DNA from: Chlorokybus atmophyticus
Lineage: Eukaryota; Plantae; Mesostigma and Chlorokybus algae
Direction of reading: 5' to 3'
Assembly (NCBI GenBank): GCA_009103225.1
Contig: RHPI01001567.1
Coordinates: 4,864-68,863, forward strand
Length of the DNA: 64,000 bases
Shown: in pieces, positions 28,301 through 41,482 of the stretch
Layout of the letters: every line of letters begins with the position of its first letter
Numbering within the stretch: the first letter of the stretch is position 1
Made by a program: the position numbers and the translations under genes
Notes under the pieces: model-generated
Seen by the model: only the letters and a program-made list of their open reading frames with translations
What the model was told of the DNA's origin: nothing
Database searches by the model: none

Positions 28301-28896
28301 TCAGTGCATGCCCACACTTGCATGCACACGCTCACCACCAACTAGTGCGGTGACGACGTAGCGCGATTTTAAGACTGCAACCACCAACAACACTAGGAAA
28401 CACACTCCTAAAATCGTGAATGCGCCTACAAAGTACAGTAATACCAACAAGGTAGCTTCCCTATCAGTTTCAAGCCCAACAACAGCCTCTACACAAAGTT
28501 GGTTTTTGGGGGTGTCGCCAACGTAACCCCTAAAAATGTGCACATTGCAACTTTTCCATCTCCGTAGCAAATGGGCTGAAACTTGGCTAATGAGACCAAT
28601 ACAATCCACTAGAAAAAAACCGCAACCCATTTGCTATTCACATGCTAAAGATATCACTCCATGAAATTACAAAGTGCATAATCCATACTTTGCCACCAAA
28701 ATTCCCTACTGTTGAACTTTATCACTCCCGCTATACTAGGCCGTTTGTAAAACTGTTTGAATCCACGCGTAGCTAACGGCCTGAGGCATCACCTCACATT
28801 ATTTGGCCGTCAAATACCCACTTGTCCGCCAGTTATGGCACAAAAACGGCCAATTCACCAAGATATGGCGCGTTCCCAAGTTAGGCGGTTTTACCC
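25357..28896 (-). mobile_element. pogo-like (Tc1/mariner superfamily) DNA transposon, copy A
   Basis: TA-flanked imperfect 22-bp TIRs (GGGTAAGTATGCCTAACTTGGG and GGGTAAAACCGCCTAACTTGGG, 18/22); internal ccctaacttggg copy near 25570. Confidence 0.92.
25916..28096 (-). pseudogene. DDE_1 transposase of copy A (psq-like HTH, CENP-B-like HTH, DDD core)
   Basis: Exons 28096-27887, 27790-27382 and ~27280-25916. Motifs SADEVG, LLVTNGH (second catalytic D replaced by N), LPPHTTH.LQVLD. Confidence 0.85.
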
Positions 28897-31800
28897 TAAA
28901 GCATCTTTGAAAAGTGTTATGATGATATGTAATAACATGTCATGCGAAAGCATTACTATTGATGATGGCTTTGATCATATCATACCATTGGTGGGATTAA
29001 ACACTGCATGATGCAATATAATGTACAATGAGTTGCCCATCACTTGTTAGCACACATATCGCATCACAAACACTATTAATATTTATCAATAGTACGCATG
29101 AACAAGATATAAAATACGTACTGGCCGACGTACTGTGAAAAAGTACGAAGAAACACGCGTACTTTGCATACCACGTACTAGTACGCTTACACTTTATGAC
29201 TTCAATGCAACATGGCTACGGTAATTTTGGTGAGTAGCCTCAGTGCAAACGCACGCAACAGGCAGCAAAGGAGGTGTTGCAAGTCTATACCCACAAATGG
29301 TCTGCTGCACTGGAAGACAGTGGCACTGCTAACTCTGCAAGATATTGTTGAATTACACTCGACTGTAGTGAGCGCTCTTTAATTATGGATATAAAAAGAG
29401 CCCTCACTACGAATTCATTTACGCTCCCAATCACCCCTCGAAGCAAAATGGATCTTTTAACACTATGATGGCTATTGTACTATGATTAGTACTTGTACTG
29501 AAAAAGTATCAAACATCGGACTTTTTCGGCCACCATGTTGCAAACGGTGTAGAAATATCTATAGTCGTGCCTATATATGATTGGAAGCAAAATTGGAAGG
29601 CCTACACCAGAAAATTAACGTTGAAATTTATGGGTTAATAGTTTGGCAATGTTAGATGCTTTAAAGGCACCAAAATTGCAACATTACATGACCCAAGGTA
29701 ATGATGAAAGTATAGATGCTATATCAGGCATATCATGAGGACGAATCTTGCAATAACAGCAATACATGCTAGCAAACACATGTTATATTCACTTGCGCAC
29801 ACATTATCAAGTTTTAAAGATTATTCAAGTGACAACACTATACCACATTGCGCAGCCGCAGGCTGCATACTTATCAGCATCTTTGAAATCTTTTCCTTAA
29901 ATTCATACGTTATAAAGAATGCCTTCTCTGGAGGGTATAATTAAATTTTTGAAGGTCTACATGTGTTGCAGCATGTTACCTAAGTTACAAAAAAATAGTA
30001 CTGAATACAGTGCGGTTACCGGCAAGCCTAATGTTAACACATCAGCGTCCTCCCTACCAAAGGCAGATTTGTGTACTTGGTAGGTGACTGAAATGTGGTA
30101 TGTGTCATGCCATTTCTCCTCGTATGCCGGTACTCATTGAGCATGCCTACATTCAGGCCTCCAGTCCGGCCTATCATGAAAACGCGTGCGTCACTCACAA
30201 GTAGCCTGCTTGTTGGCTAGTCATGGCTTAAGATTAGCTCATGACCCCAGCCTACATAGGTACCGCGGGTAGCTGAGTAATTGCAGGTTTAATTATAAGT
30301 CATGAGCTATATTGAGGTGGGGATTTAAAAAGGATAGCCCTGGACATAATCGTTAGCTTATCTTCGGAGCAGTCATGATTTAACTTGTATAATTAGTCAC
30401 AGTGTTCACTGGATCAGCTCGTGACGCCGTGAGAAAGCTTGTGAAGCGACTTGACCTGCGAACACGCCATCCCAGTTATCAACAATTCACTCAACATGTG
30501 AGAGCCTGTGCATGCTCTTGTGCACTACGCTTGTTATTGATATGAGCTTGGTGTAATTAAATATGGTGTGAATGTTGATGTCAGTCAGGGCATAGCATTC
30601 ACGGGTTGCGTGCTTTTTAACCTTACTTAACAATGTAACACACTTTCCACTCATGCAAAGAACTGTGTAAACAGCACTACCTATGGTAGTGGCTTATTTA
30701 CTCACAGTGTCACCCTCTTTCCTTAAGTGAGGGTGGTTGCGTTCTCACATCAGAAATTACACTGATTGACGTCAAAGGATCATGAATGGTCTGTACCTCG
30801 GGACGAAGATTTTCCCTTCCTAAATGTAATTGGTGGACCACATATGGTTGGACTATCAATGACAGTTGGACCATGCATGGTGTAAAGTACACGTGAACGG
30901 TCCACCTATAGGGTTCAGGTCATTCCCTCCTCTCGTTGTTGGTGAACACGTCGGACATTGGATTCGCTTAATGGCAAGCACTTCCAGAAGAAAAACGTTA
31001 CATGCTTTGGCAAGTGGCTTGCAGCTCGTCTTCATTAGACTTGCACTGTGATCTCGAATAACATGATAGCAGCTGAGGAAGTATGGCAGCATTCCAGCCC
31101 CACCTGCACACCGCCCACTACGTGCGACAACTCTTTAATATTGAATTACAAACTTTCGTGTCGTCGTCTTGCGACTATACATATGATACGTATTATTATC
31201 TCCTTCCGATATGATGGAATTATAAGTCAAAGCCCTAAAGGTCCGAACGGTGGCGATGGACCGCACATTATCTTTGTTGTGCAGTAGGGAGTACAGAATC
31301 GAAATTGCGCGTCGACAAAGCCATTGTCCGCTGGTACGCATCAAATACATGTACATGTATAGTTCGGTTAGTGGACCAAGGAACGTTTTACAGTGAGCGC
31401 TAGATATAGTCTAGCTGCTTTGAGTACATATTCGCTAAGCGCATACAAGAGCAAATGGTACCGTTGAAATGCGAAAATGTCTTTAACATAGAAGGCCAAA
31501 CCACGAGCACCAGCTATTTGTCAGTTGTACATTTACGTTGAGTGCATATTCTTCATGGGTTTTACTACGGGCACCGACGCCATGCATTGCAAGGTTTAAT
31601 TGTAATGACGGGCCGAAAAAGGACCATGCATGGTTTTCCTCCCCTCACGCACAGGCCATGCAAGTGCAAAAGTACCCACCGCCCTGTCGACATGCGTTGC
31701 GTTTAGGGTGGATTCACCTAAATGGGGTTTTTCGATAAGCATATAGCTTTTGCTACGTTGCTTTTTCAGCGCTAGTATATATGTGTTTCTTGAAGCAGTG

Positions 31801-32083
31801 GTTTTATTTTGTTCTTGGGAGTGCCGCGCCATCGGCACTGCGACAAGTTGGGTGGTTTTGGGGTTTTGGCAAGAGCGGAGTTGACCCTAGCATACCTCGC
31901 TACTTTTTAAGCTACTTGACAGCTCTCGTAGGGTAGTAGATGGCTGGTTCTTTGTAGTAAAGACCGGTGGTGACCTTATACATTACGATAGTGGCCGTCA
32001 CCAACTTTTTGGGCGGCCCAACTTGGATATAACAACTTTACCGTGTAACGTGGTGCCAATAACCGTGTGTAGGGGCACTAATA

Positions 32084-32458
32084 GGGAAATTCACTTAAAG
32101 TGGATTAACTTTGGGTGTACCCCCGCAAATGATGTGAAACTTGGAAACTTACTTCAACATCAGTAGATAATAACGCTCAACCCCGCCCAAGTTGGTGGAG
32201 TATTTCAAATATTACTATCACACTAAGCGTTGTGAGTATTAGGGTTACAAATGATAAAGATTGGCATACGTTTAATAATATGGTAATAGCGCAGTACATG
32301 GGTGTTGAAGCCTGTTTTTTATATGTTGGATAGATTTAAATGAGCTATATCATCCCTATAAATTGCACTGTCATCGGACGTTGCATGCGCCAATTAGCTC
32401 ACCCCATGTACCCATTTCACGCAGTTAGGGTCAACTCCAAAATTATGTGAATTTACCC
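32084..32458. mobile_element. Degenerate non-autonomous (MITE-like) relative of the pogo elements
   Basis: TA|GGGAAATTCAC ... GTGAATTTACCC|TG ends resemble the GGGTAA termini; internal gtgaaacttggaaac resembles subterminal sequence of copies A and B. Confidence 0.4.
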
Positions 32459-34725
32459 TGCCTTCATGATTGGGTTGTGATAGGCATGATTGGCAACTAA
32501 TGGTGCGGCTGTTTGGTCGGGCCTGCCGGCCTGCCGGCATTTGAGGTTCTGCGCATCAAGGCCGTGCTGGGCCATGAGTGGCACCCGCGACTGTCAGACA
32601 GCTACTCGCAACTGCCTCTTGTAGCTGGGCGGCAACTATTAGCCCAAACACTGCTTTGGATCGGCGAGATGTACATCTCGCCCATCAAAAACACATCCCC
32701 ACGTTATGCAATTGCTCACATATATGCGAACAAATGGCAATAATGAGCGTAGTCATGTGACAACAATAAATGAAATGCTGAATGTGGCGGTATATTAGCA
32801 AATATTGCCGCATGTGCATGCAATAGAGACAATATAATGCAAACCATACACGTTAAATTGAAAAACTGTGATCGGATGATTTTTACGCAACCGATAACCG
32901 TTTGATCCTATCCGTTTTCGTATTATACATTTTACATAGCTTTTCGTATTATCGCTAAACACGGTGTAAATAAACGTTCAACAAGCAGAACACAAGAAGT
33001 AACAACTGTGAGTTCTGATGTAAAATCAAGTTTAAAACCGTTCTATTGAATTAGTACCATACACAAAAAGTAGCTAGCGCCGTTACGCTGCAGTGCATCA
33101 ATCGAATGCCTTTCTAAGTCAAGCGGTAACATCGTCAAAACCGCAGTTGCTCAGTACGAGGCACTACCTCATTTAGTGAACAAGCGAAAAGCATCTTTTA
33201 CCGCTTCAGCAACGGCGAACGAGAAACGGCATGTGATGTCGCTCGCATCTTCGGCACAACGCGACAATTTGCCATGGAAACGCGTTTCCCAAACCCCCCA
33301 AAGAATCTTAAACCCATCCTACTAACAGCAACTGCACTATGTCCGTTACAAAGCGACCTATCGTTATCATAAGCGATTTCAATTGGACGGCAAGCAATAC
33401 ATTAGCCGAACTAATTGCACAGTACTCTGCTTTCATGTAATAAAGCATTGATGAGTTGGGAGGCCTTGTGCCACCAGAGTTCAGCTCGGCATTGCCACCA
33501 CTAGGAGGTGGTGGCAATGCCGAGCTGGACATTGGCAGCGCTGCCATCGCCGCTGCTCAATCCTTTATAACCATGATGACCGGCGCATACAGCAACGCAA
33601 ACATCAATGTGCATGTTTTCTTTTATTTACAAGTTTAAGACAGCCGTTCTTTACCTACAATTGTGTTTGCATTGTAAGCACGTGCTTCTTATACATTACT
33701 ATCATGTGTAATCCCCAAAGAGTATGGCAGTTTGCATCAATGCATCAAGCTTAACTAGAAAGACACTTGTCATTTGTGGACTCATTGCAAATGGTTTAAG
33801 TTATGTCAACAACGTCATATAATATTGTGATGCATATGTTAAGATAGCATGGCCAGCAATCAATGTTTGATGGCCTTCCTGTTTGTACATGCTGTATAAC
33901 ATGCGTGTGCGTATGTGTTATCGTATGAACAGCATTATCATGCCCTCAATAACATAGGATTCGGTGGGGAGTTCGATGTGCGCGTATGCTACATATCATG
34001 ATACGCTTTGCGTTAAGGTGCATTACTTTATATGCAACCATTATCACCCCATGCTGATGTGGGGTGCCAACATTATTTGCAAGTGAACCAGCGTGATGAC
34101 ATTAGCCTCCCACAGCCTGCTTTGTTACCGGATGCCTATCTCGAAGTCATATTTGTAAGGCATGTCCTCAGACTGAATGGTTTGTGGGTAGGGTAAATGT
34201 CCCTAACTTGGGGAGATTTTGAGGTTTTAAGGGTGTAGCGGGCGGGGTAGTTGTTATTTGGCGGACATGTATATGTGTTTTGTGTAGCTTAGGTTTTTCC
34301 CTATACAGCCATATTTTTTTGGGATTTTATGACCCATCATAGCGTGAGATACAGCACGCCAAAGTTGGGGTGTGAGGGGCGTCAGTTGAAAAGTCCTCAA
34401 GCCCTAACTTGGGGACTCGAGACAGCTGCCAAAGGGTGTCAGCCTGTGCCAGCCTTTGGTGATGGCTATCACCTTGCACTTCCGCAGCCATTTTGAAGCG
34501 GCTGGGGCCTGCTGTGGCAGGCTAGGGTGGCAGGCGCTTCGCAACCTTGATTGCTGTGATGTGCAGGCCATCCCCTTGCAGGCATTCTTTGCCGCCAAGG
34601 CGTTGGCTTTGGCGGCAAACAATGCTCAGTCTCTGCAAGGTTGCATGCAAGGCGGCACTTGCATGAGGGAGTGGGCGTCCTGCTTGGAGGCGGCATGCAT
34701 GAGGGAGCGGCATGCATAAGGTTCA

Positions 34726-34727
<2 letters not shown>

Positions 34728-34781
<54 letters not shown>
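34728..34781. repeat. (GT)n microsatellite within copy B
   Basis: Seen directly. Confidence 0.95.
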
Positions 34782-34794
<13 letters not shown>

Positions 34795-34843
34795 CAAGGA
34801 ATGAGAGTGAAGCAGCTGTTCCTGTCTACCTAGTCCTAGCTGT

Positions 34844-37049
34844 CTAGGTAAGGGTGCTCAAGTGTCTTGGGCGGTTTGGCCTTGTTCTCCAGCGTGCGCC
34901 CGCCTCCTTGGCCTGTGGGTTGGGGCTAGGATCAACACGCAGGTGGCGCTCGGCGAATGCTTCTGCATAATCCCACAGGGGGTCGCCCAACTGGTTCTCA
35001 CACATTCTTGGGTTCCACTCGTAGCGCATGATAATCTCTGCGGCTTCTCTGGCTGTCCTCTCTCTCTGTTCCAGCTCTGCTCGCCTTGCTTGTTCTTGTG
35101 CTACTTGCTTCTCTGCTGCTTCACGCTTTTCTTCAGCTTGTTCTTCAGCCCTTGCTTGCTTGCGCTGCTCTTTCTCCCTCTCTTTCAGCATCTTCTTGAG
35201 CGCAGATGCCTTCTTTTTGCTGCTGTTTTCTCTGCCCTGGCTGCAGCTTCTTGCTCTGCTTGTGTCTTGCGTTGCTTGGCTGCCTCTTTGCGTGCTTGAA
35301 TTGCTTCAACTTTTGCTGCCTTCTCTGCATCCTGCCTCTCCAGCTCCTCAGCGATCTCTTCAGCAGTCAACAGCTGTGCTGTCGTCACACCCCTCCTTTT
35401 CTTGGCTGGTGCCTCTGTGTTGAGTGTGCTGTCCTCTGGGGCGTTGGGGTTGTTGTTTTCAGTTGCATCTCCTGCCTCTATCGCCTCCAGGAGGCATGAG
35501 AGGCCTGGGGGTGGTGGGGGTGCCTCTGTGTCCGTAAAGTACTTGTCCAATGCATGCTTGTTGAGCGGCCACAATCCACAAGCTCGAAAGCCTGCGATGA
35601 TGTTGGCAGGGGACAGTCCAGTGTAGTAGGGGTTGACGAGCAGCCTGAGGAATTCTTTGCGGTTGAGCTCGAAGTTGTACCTGGTTTCCATCCGCTTCCT
35701 ATACTCCTTCCTGCATGCTTCCTTGAAAGGGTGGAAGCATGAAACGTCCAACACTTGCAGGCGGTGTGTTGTGTGTGGTGGCAAGACGAGGATGTGAAGT
35801 CCCTTGTCTTGTGCATAGCGGATCATGCGGGGGTTGTACCTTGAAACGTGACCATCCACCACTAACAGCGCAGGCTTGGAAGGACTCACCCCTCCAGGAA
35901 ACCACTCCACAACTTTGCGGATCCAGAGCTCAAAGATATCAGTTGTCATCCAAGCGTTCTCCTGCGCGGCGAACCTGGCTCCTGGGACGTCAAAGTCCTT
36001 GGCATCAACAGTAAGCCTCTGTCCTTTGATGATCACAAGAGGAGGTACTGCAAGTCCTGCTCCTGTGACTGCGCGCATCAACGTGATGTGCTCTCTGCTG
36101 CCCGTGGTTGAACATTGTGCCCACTTGGCTCCACTGCATGCAACAGCACAATCAGCATTGCATGCTTGCATATGTATCTAAGTGGATAATGCATGTGTGC
36201 ATACTTATGCGTAAGCAAAGCAACTGTGTACCTTTCGCAGATGATTCTTTGGTTTTGCATGCTAGTGTCTGGCTCTATCCCAACCTCGTCCGCTGATATG
36301 ATACGCTCAGGTCCAACCCCCAGTTTGGTGACAGTCTCGGCCAGAAGCTCAAAGTAGTGGTACACAATGTCCTTGCGCAGGGAGACCCTCCTGGACTTAT
36401 CAAGGGGTTCTGCCTTCCTGCTGGTCAACCCCTTCCTCCTTCTCAAACCAGAAAACCACTTCAGACTAGGTACTCCATTCATGAACAGGCTTGCTCTTTG
36501 ATCACCCACAAGACGCTTGCCTGCCTCGATGCACACCTCCGTTCATGTTACTCCTCTCCCCCACTTATTGCGGAATATCACCCACTCTGCTAAGTCATTC
36601 TCTTCTGCCTCCGTAAAGATGGTGGCAGCACCTGGTCCCCTATTGTGCGTACACTTGTATTACACCCTATTGACTAACACTTCAGCTGGCAGTGCATAAG
36701 AAAGGGGCTTACTTGTAAAGGGAGAGGTCTGATTGAGCCAGGAACCTGCGCATGGTGGTGTCGGGGATGCCAAGATCTTTCACAGCATCACTGACTTGCA
36801 TGCAGCCCTGGTTGATGGAGGAGACAGCCCTCTGAATGTCCTCCATCCGGTCCTGGTATGTGGTGTAGTAACGCTTGCGCTTGTTGGCAGATGGGGTTTT
36901 GGCCTTCACTCGCTTGCCCTGGCCGAGTGCAGCAGAGTGCATCAGCACAAGGATGCAAACGAGGGTGGTCTGAGTGGCAACTGTCACAGTGATGACAAAC
37001 ATGCCAATGCATGTGCAACACCCACCCTTGCAGAGCTGCGAGTCACCAT
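34844..37049 (-). pseudogene. DDE_1 transposase of copy B
   Basis: ATG|gt at 37049, exon 2 from 36918. Intact SADE, VVDGH and QVLD triad, but TGA in place of copy A's Trp (36543-36545) and a 1-nt frameshift in an A run near 35215. Confidence 0.9.
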
Positions 37050-38131
37050 GCCCTAAGTTGTAGAAGTGGTAGAGTAGTTGTAGAAGTGGTAGAGTAGTTG
37101 TAACTTTGCTGCAGTAGCACTCTAATTGTGTAATGCAACTCTGTTTGTCTCTCTCGGACTGCCACACATGCACTTTGCCTTCACACTCTCACTTGCTTGC
37201 CCTCTCCACACCCTCCCCGCTAACCTCACAGAAGCATGACCTCACACCAACTGCAACACACACTCCACCAGTGAGTGATTGTGGGTGTGCAAAGTGCACT
37301 GCAACAACCAACAACACGCCCCACCAAGTTACAGCATCCACAATAGCCATTTCTACAACTTCACTTTTTGATCAATGCGTTGCGCGTTATCCCCAATAAT
37401 AGGGTCATGCTAACGCTCCCATTTTCGCGTGAAACTTCATGAAACTTGGTAAACAAGCTCTTAAAACCTATAAAAACCCAACAAAAAAAACACCATATCA
37501 ACTGGCGTTTATACAAGAGAGTTATGATCAAACAAAATATAGTAAGACAATACCCCGTTTGAATCAGCATAATTATTAAATTTAAAAATTCAAAACTCCC
37601 GCTCTACTTGGCCGTTTGGCAAGGTCTTAGGTTCGTTAGGTAGCTCTCGGCCAGCGCTATCCCGGCCTATATTCTGGCCGGCAAAGACCAACTAGACCGC
37701 CAGTTATGACCAAAAAACGGCCAATCTCCAAGTTAGGGCCCATTCCCAAGTTAGGGACATTTACCCTACCATGGTAGCATGATTTGAGTTTTGGTGATGG
37801 CATTGAGCTGTAGAGCGTGCATGATGTGGAAGCGTAATTGGTCGTCACGTGCGTTACGCGCGTCATTTGTTTTGTTTAGAGGAGCCGCGCTTTGTTTCCG
37901 TGCTGCTTTACCATCAGCGGGCGGCCATGCAAATTGCAGACCCTTCCGCATTCAGTAAATGGTCCGCTTGGGACATGTACGCTTGGTGCAAGCGCCCTCA
38001 GCAGGTTGATGGTAGTACGACACGCATGTCAAGTACAACAAGCACGCCATAGCATACCGCAATTCTACGGGATCTTCTGCGGTGCGCTGACAGGGACACT
38101 CTTCAGCGCCTACCGGTACATGTCATGTAAG

Positions 38132-38138
38132 TATAAAA
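38132..38138 (+). promoter_or_regulatory. Candidate TATA box of the NIDO-domain gene
   Basis: TATAAAA about 250 bp before the ATG, with a possible UTR intron (gtacgt at ~38267) in between. Confidence 0.3.
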
Positions 38139-38385
38139 GCAAGCGCATGCCTGGTGGGTTTGCTTGTTTGTTTGTTTGTTCAAGCTGCAACTGAGAGCGG
38201 CAGGCCAGCCGGTAACACGGTGCACTCCAGGCTCTCGCCTCGTCCGCGGCAGCCAACACCGCCGGTACGTGCGTGAACCGCTCTCTCTGTGTGTATGCAC
38301 GTGTGCATGTCTGTGCGTGTGCGCCTTCTCATGGCATGCGGCAGCAACAAGGCTCACTCACTGACAAGTGACAGCTGACAGAGAG

Positions 38386-41300
38386 ATGGCTCTCGGAGAA
38401 CGGAAACACTCCCAGTCGCTGGCGCTGCTGCTGCTGCTAGCGGTGGTGGTGGTGCTGAGTGGGCACGTGGGCGCCCTCACCGTCGACGACTTGTACCCCT
38501 TCGGCCCTGCCAACGGCGACAAAATCATCAAGGCGTAAGCTTGCCATGCGCAGCAACTTGCAATTGTGTGACTGCATGCCTGCCTTCAGCACCTGTGCGC
38601 TCACCATAACTGACCTGCCATGCCAGATCGCACAGTGATACTCACAACTGGCTTTGACTTCAGGGGCGATGACCTTGCTTCCGATCTGATCCCGCTGCCA
38701 TACGCCGTGCCTGTGTTTGGCGACCCCAACGTGAAAGGAGCATATCTCAATCTGAACGGTGATAATGGTTTCTTGAAGATATATGCTGCCCCCCNNNNNN
38801 NNNNNNNNNNNNNNNNNNNNNNNNNNNNNNNNNNNNNNNNNNNNNNNNNNNNNNNNNNNNNNNNNNNNNNNNNNNNNNNNNNNNNNNNNNNNNNNNNNNN
38901 NNNNNNNNNNNNNNNNNNNNNNNNNNNNNNNNNNNNNNNNNNNNNNNNNNNNNNNNNNNNNNNNNNNNNNNNNNNNNNNNNNNNNNNNNNNNNNNNNNNN
39001 NNNNNNNNNNNNNNNNNNNNNNNNNNNNNNNNNNNNNNNNNNNNNNNNNNNNNNNNNNNNNNNNNNNNNNNNNNNNNNNNNNNNNNNNNNNNNNNNNNNN
39101 NNNNNNNNNNNNNNNNNNNNNNNNNNNNNNNNNNNNNNNNNNNNNNNNNNNNNNNNNNNNNNNNNNNNNNNNNNNCCGCACCCAACTTTCCCCCCACCGC
39201 CACCGCCACCGCCACAGAGCAAGCTCTGCTGCCTGTGCTATAACCTGCAGAATGGCACTCCAGACTTGAGGCGTGCATTCGTTGAGATTGCTCTTTCATG
39301 ACGCCTTGGCTGAGGAGGAAGTTCTTGATTGGGTTGGCTCCATGCTTTGTGTGTTGTTTCAGCTTCCAACGCATTACTGCCTGCAGGCGCCCTGCATATG
39401 CAAGCTGCCAATGAAGATCACCGCCCCGAAAACAATCCGTTCCCCACTACTACGGCATATGGCTACAGCATGGTGGCAGCATTTTGGACCGACCTCTTTG
39501 TTGGTGACGACAGCGAAGTCGATGATGGTTGCAATGGACATGCTTGCACCTTCGTGGCCTACCGCGCCGTTGGCAATGCTGACCTCCTCGCTACCATCAC
39601 CAGTGACATACGTGGCATCTTCCCTCAAGAAGCACTCGCAGCGGGCTTCACGGCCGAGTCGGCGCTCATTGCAACATGGTTCAACGTGAGTGTGAACACG
39701 CACATGAGAGCGCGTCCGTGTGCGTGCTTGCATCTATCTCCAATTGTGTGCGCGCATGCGAGTTTGTGCGCGTCCATATGCGAGTGTGTGGTGTGGTGAT
39801 TGATGCTGAATGCGCGTGCACGCGTCTGCCTGCATGTGTGCGCGCACGCATGCGCGAACGTGTTGTGTGCGTGTTGTGGTGATTGATGCTGCAAGCTTCC
39901 TTGCTTATTGTGCAGGTGTCACAATGCTGCGACGAACGCACGCCTTTCCGCAACACCTTTCAAGCAGTGATAGCCTTCAACACACGCACGGTGTTCGTGG
40001 GCTTGCTCTACCCCACGCTGACCTTCGGGGGCCCCTCAGGTGAGGCAAATTTGCTTGTTAGAGTCGTACAGATGTCCTGGCGGCGCACACATTACGTCAA
40101 ACATGTGACGCTGACAATTGCGTGCTTGTTGCCGCAGTTCAAGCTGGATTCAACCTCGGTGATGGCATACACTCATTTCGGCTGCCCAGCTCTTTCTCCG
40201 GCGCGGCCACCTTCGATACGAATTCCAATGTCGGCCAGGTGAGCAAGCACGCATGCACTCTTTCGGTTGCCAGCTCTGCTCCTCATGTCATCGCGCACAC
40301 GAATGTCATTTGCTTCCTGGCAGGCGGGCAAGTGGTGGTTTGGACTCGACTCCAGCAACCCAACCATCGGCACATTCAACTAGTGAGTGTCACACTGACA
40401 CGCGCATGTAACCATTACATGCCTGTGTCATTGTGACGTGCCGTGACGGCACGAAGTTGGGATAGCTGGACCAACACCAACATGCTCTTGCTAAGAAAGA
40501 CTCTGTGTTTTTCGCAGCCTTGATGCACCGATCCCATCTAAGGCATGTCAGCAAGTGCCGCTGTATGGAGATACGGGCGTGGACGCGTGCGGCAACCAGC
40601 AAGCAATGGATTGGGACCTCAACAATGACGGCGCCTTCGACGACGCGACGGGTACAACCAGACCTGTCATTGACACCCAAATCTTGCGGTTGACCCCTGG
40701 CACATATCCTATCAGCGCCCGGGTCAGATCCGCCCCGCCATGCCCCGGCGCCGCTTCCAACCCGCTGCTCAGCACAGCTCTCATTCTGACCGGGACGACG
40801 CCCACCATCTTCAACATACGCTTAGACCCAGCAAACGGCAATCCTAAACCGATGGTTGGCGAGGCTATTAGCATCACCCTGAACATAGACATCATATTCT
40901 GCAATAACGCCACTACAACCATTGACTGCGGTGCAGACTCCATTGCGGTGCGTGTGCATGCCCCCCCCCNNNNNNNNNNNNNNNNNNNNNNNNNNNNNNN
41001 NNNNNNNNNNNNNNNNNNNNNNNNNNNNNNNNNNNNNNNNNNNNNNNNNNNNNNNNNNNNNNNNNNNNNNNNNNNNNNNNNNNNNNNNNNNNNNNNNNNN
41101 NNNNNNNNNNNNNNNNNNNNNNNNNNNNNNNNNNNNNNNNNNNNNNNNNNNNNNNNNNNNNNNNNNNNNNNNNNNNNNNNNNNNNNNNNNNNNNNNNNNN
41201 NNNNNNNNNNNNNNNNNNNNNNNNNNNNNNNNNNNNNNNNNNNNNNNNNNNNNNNNNNNNNNNNNNNNNNNNNNNNNNNNNNNNNNNNNNNNNNNNNNNN

Positions 41301-41406
41301 NNNNNNNNNNNNNNNNNNNNNNNNNNNNNNNNNNNNNNNNNNNNNNNNNNNNNNNNNNNNNNNNNNNNNNNNNNNNNNNNNNNNNNNNNNNNNNNNNNNN
41401 NNNNNN

Positions 41407-41482
<76 letters not shown>

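Larger units (their letters stand above)
34191..37766 (-). mobile_element. pogo-like DNA transposon, copy B
   Basis: Perfect 22-bp TIR GGGTAAATGTCCCTAACTTGGG, with TA at 34189-34190 and 37767-37768. Confidence 0.96.
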
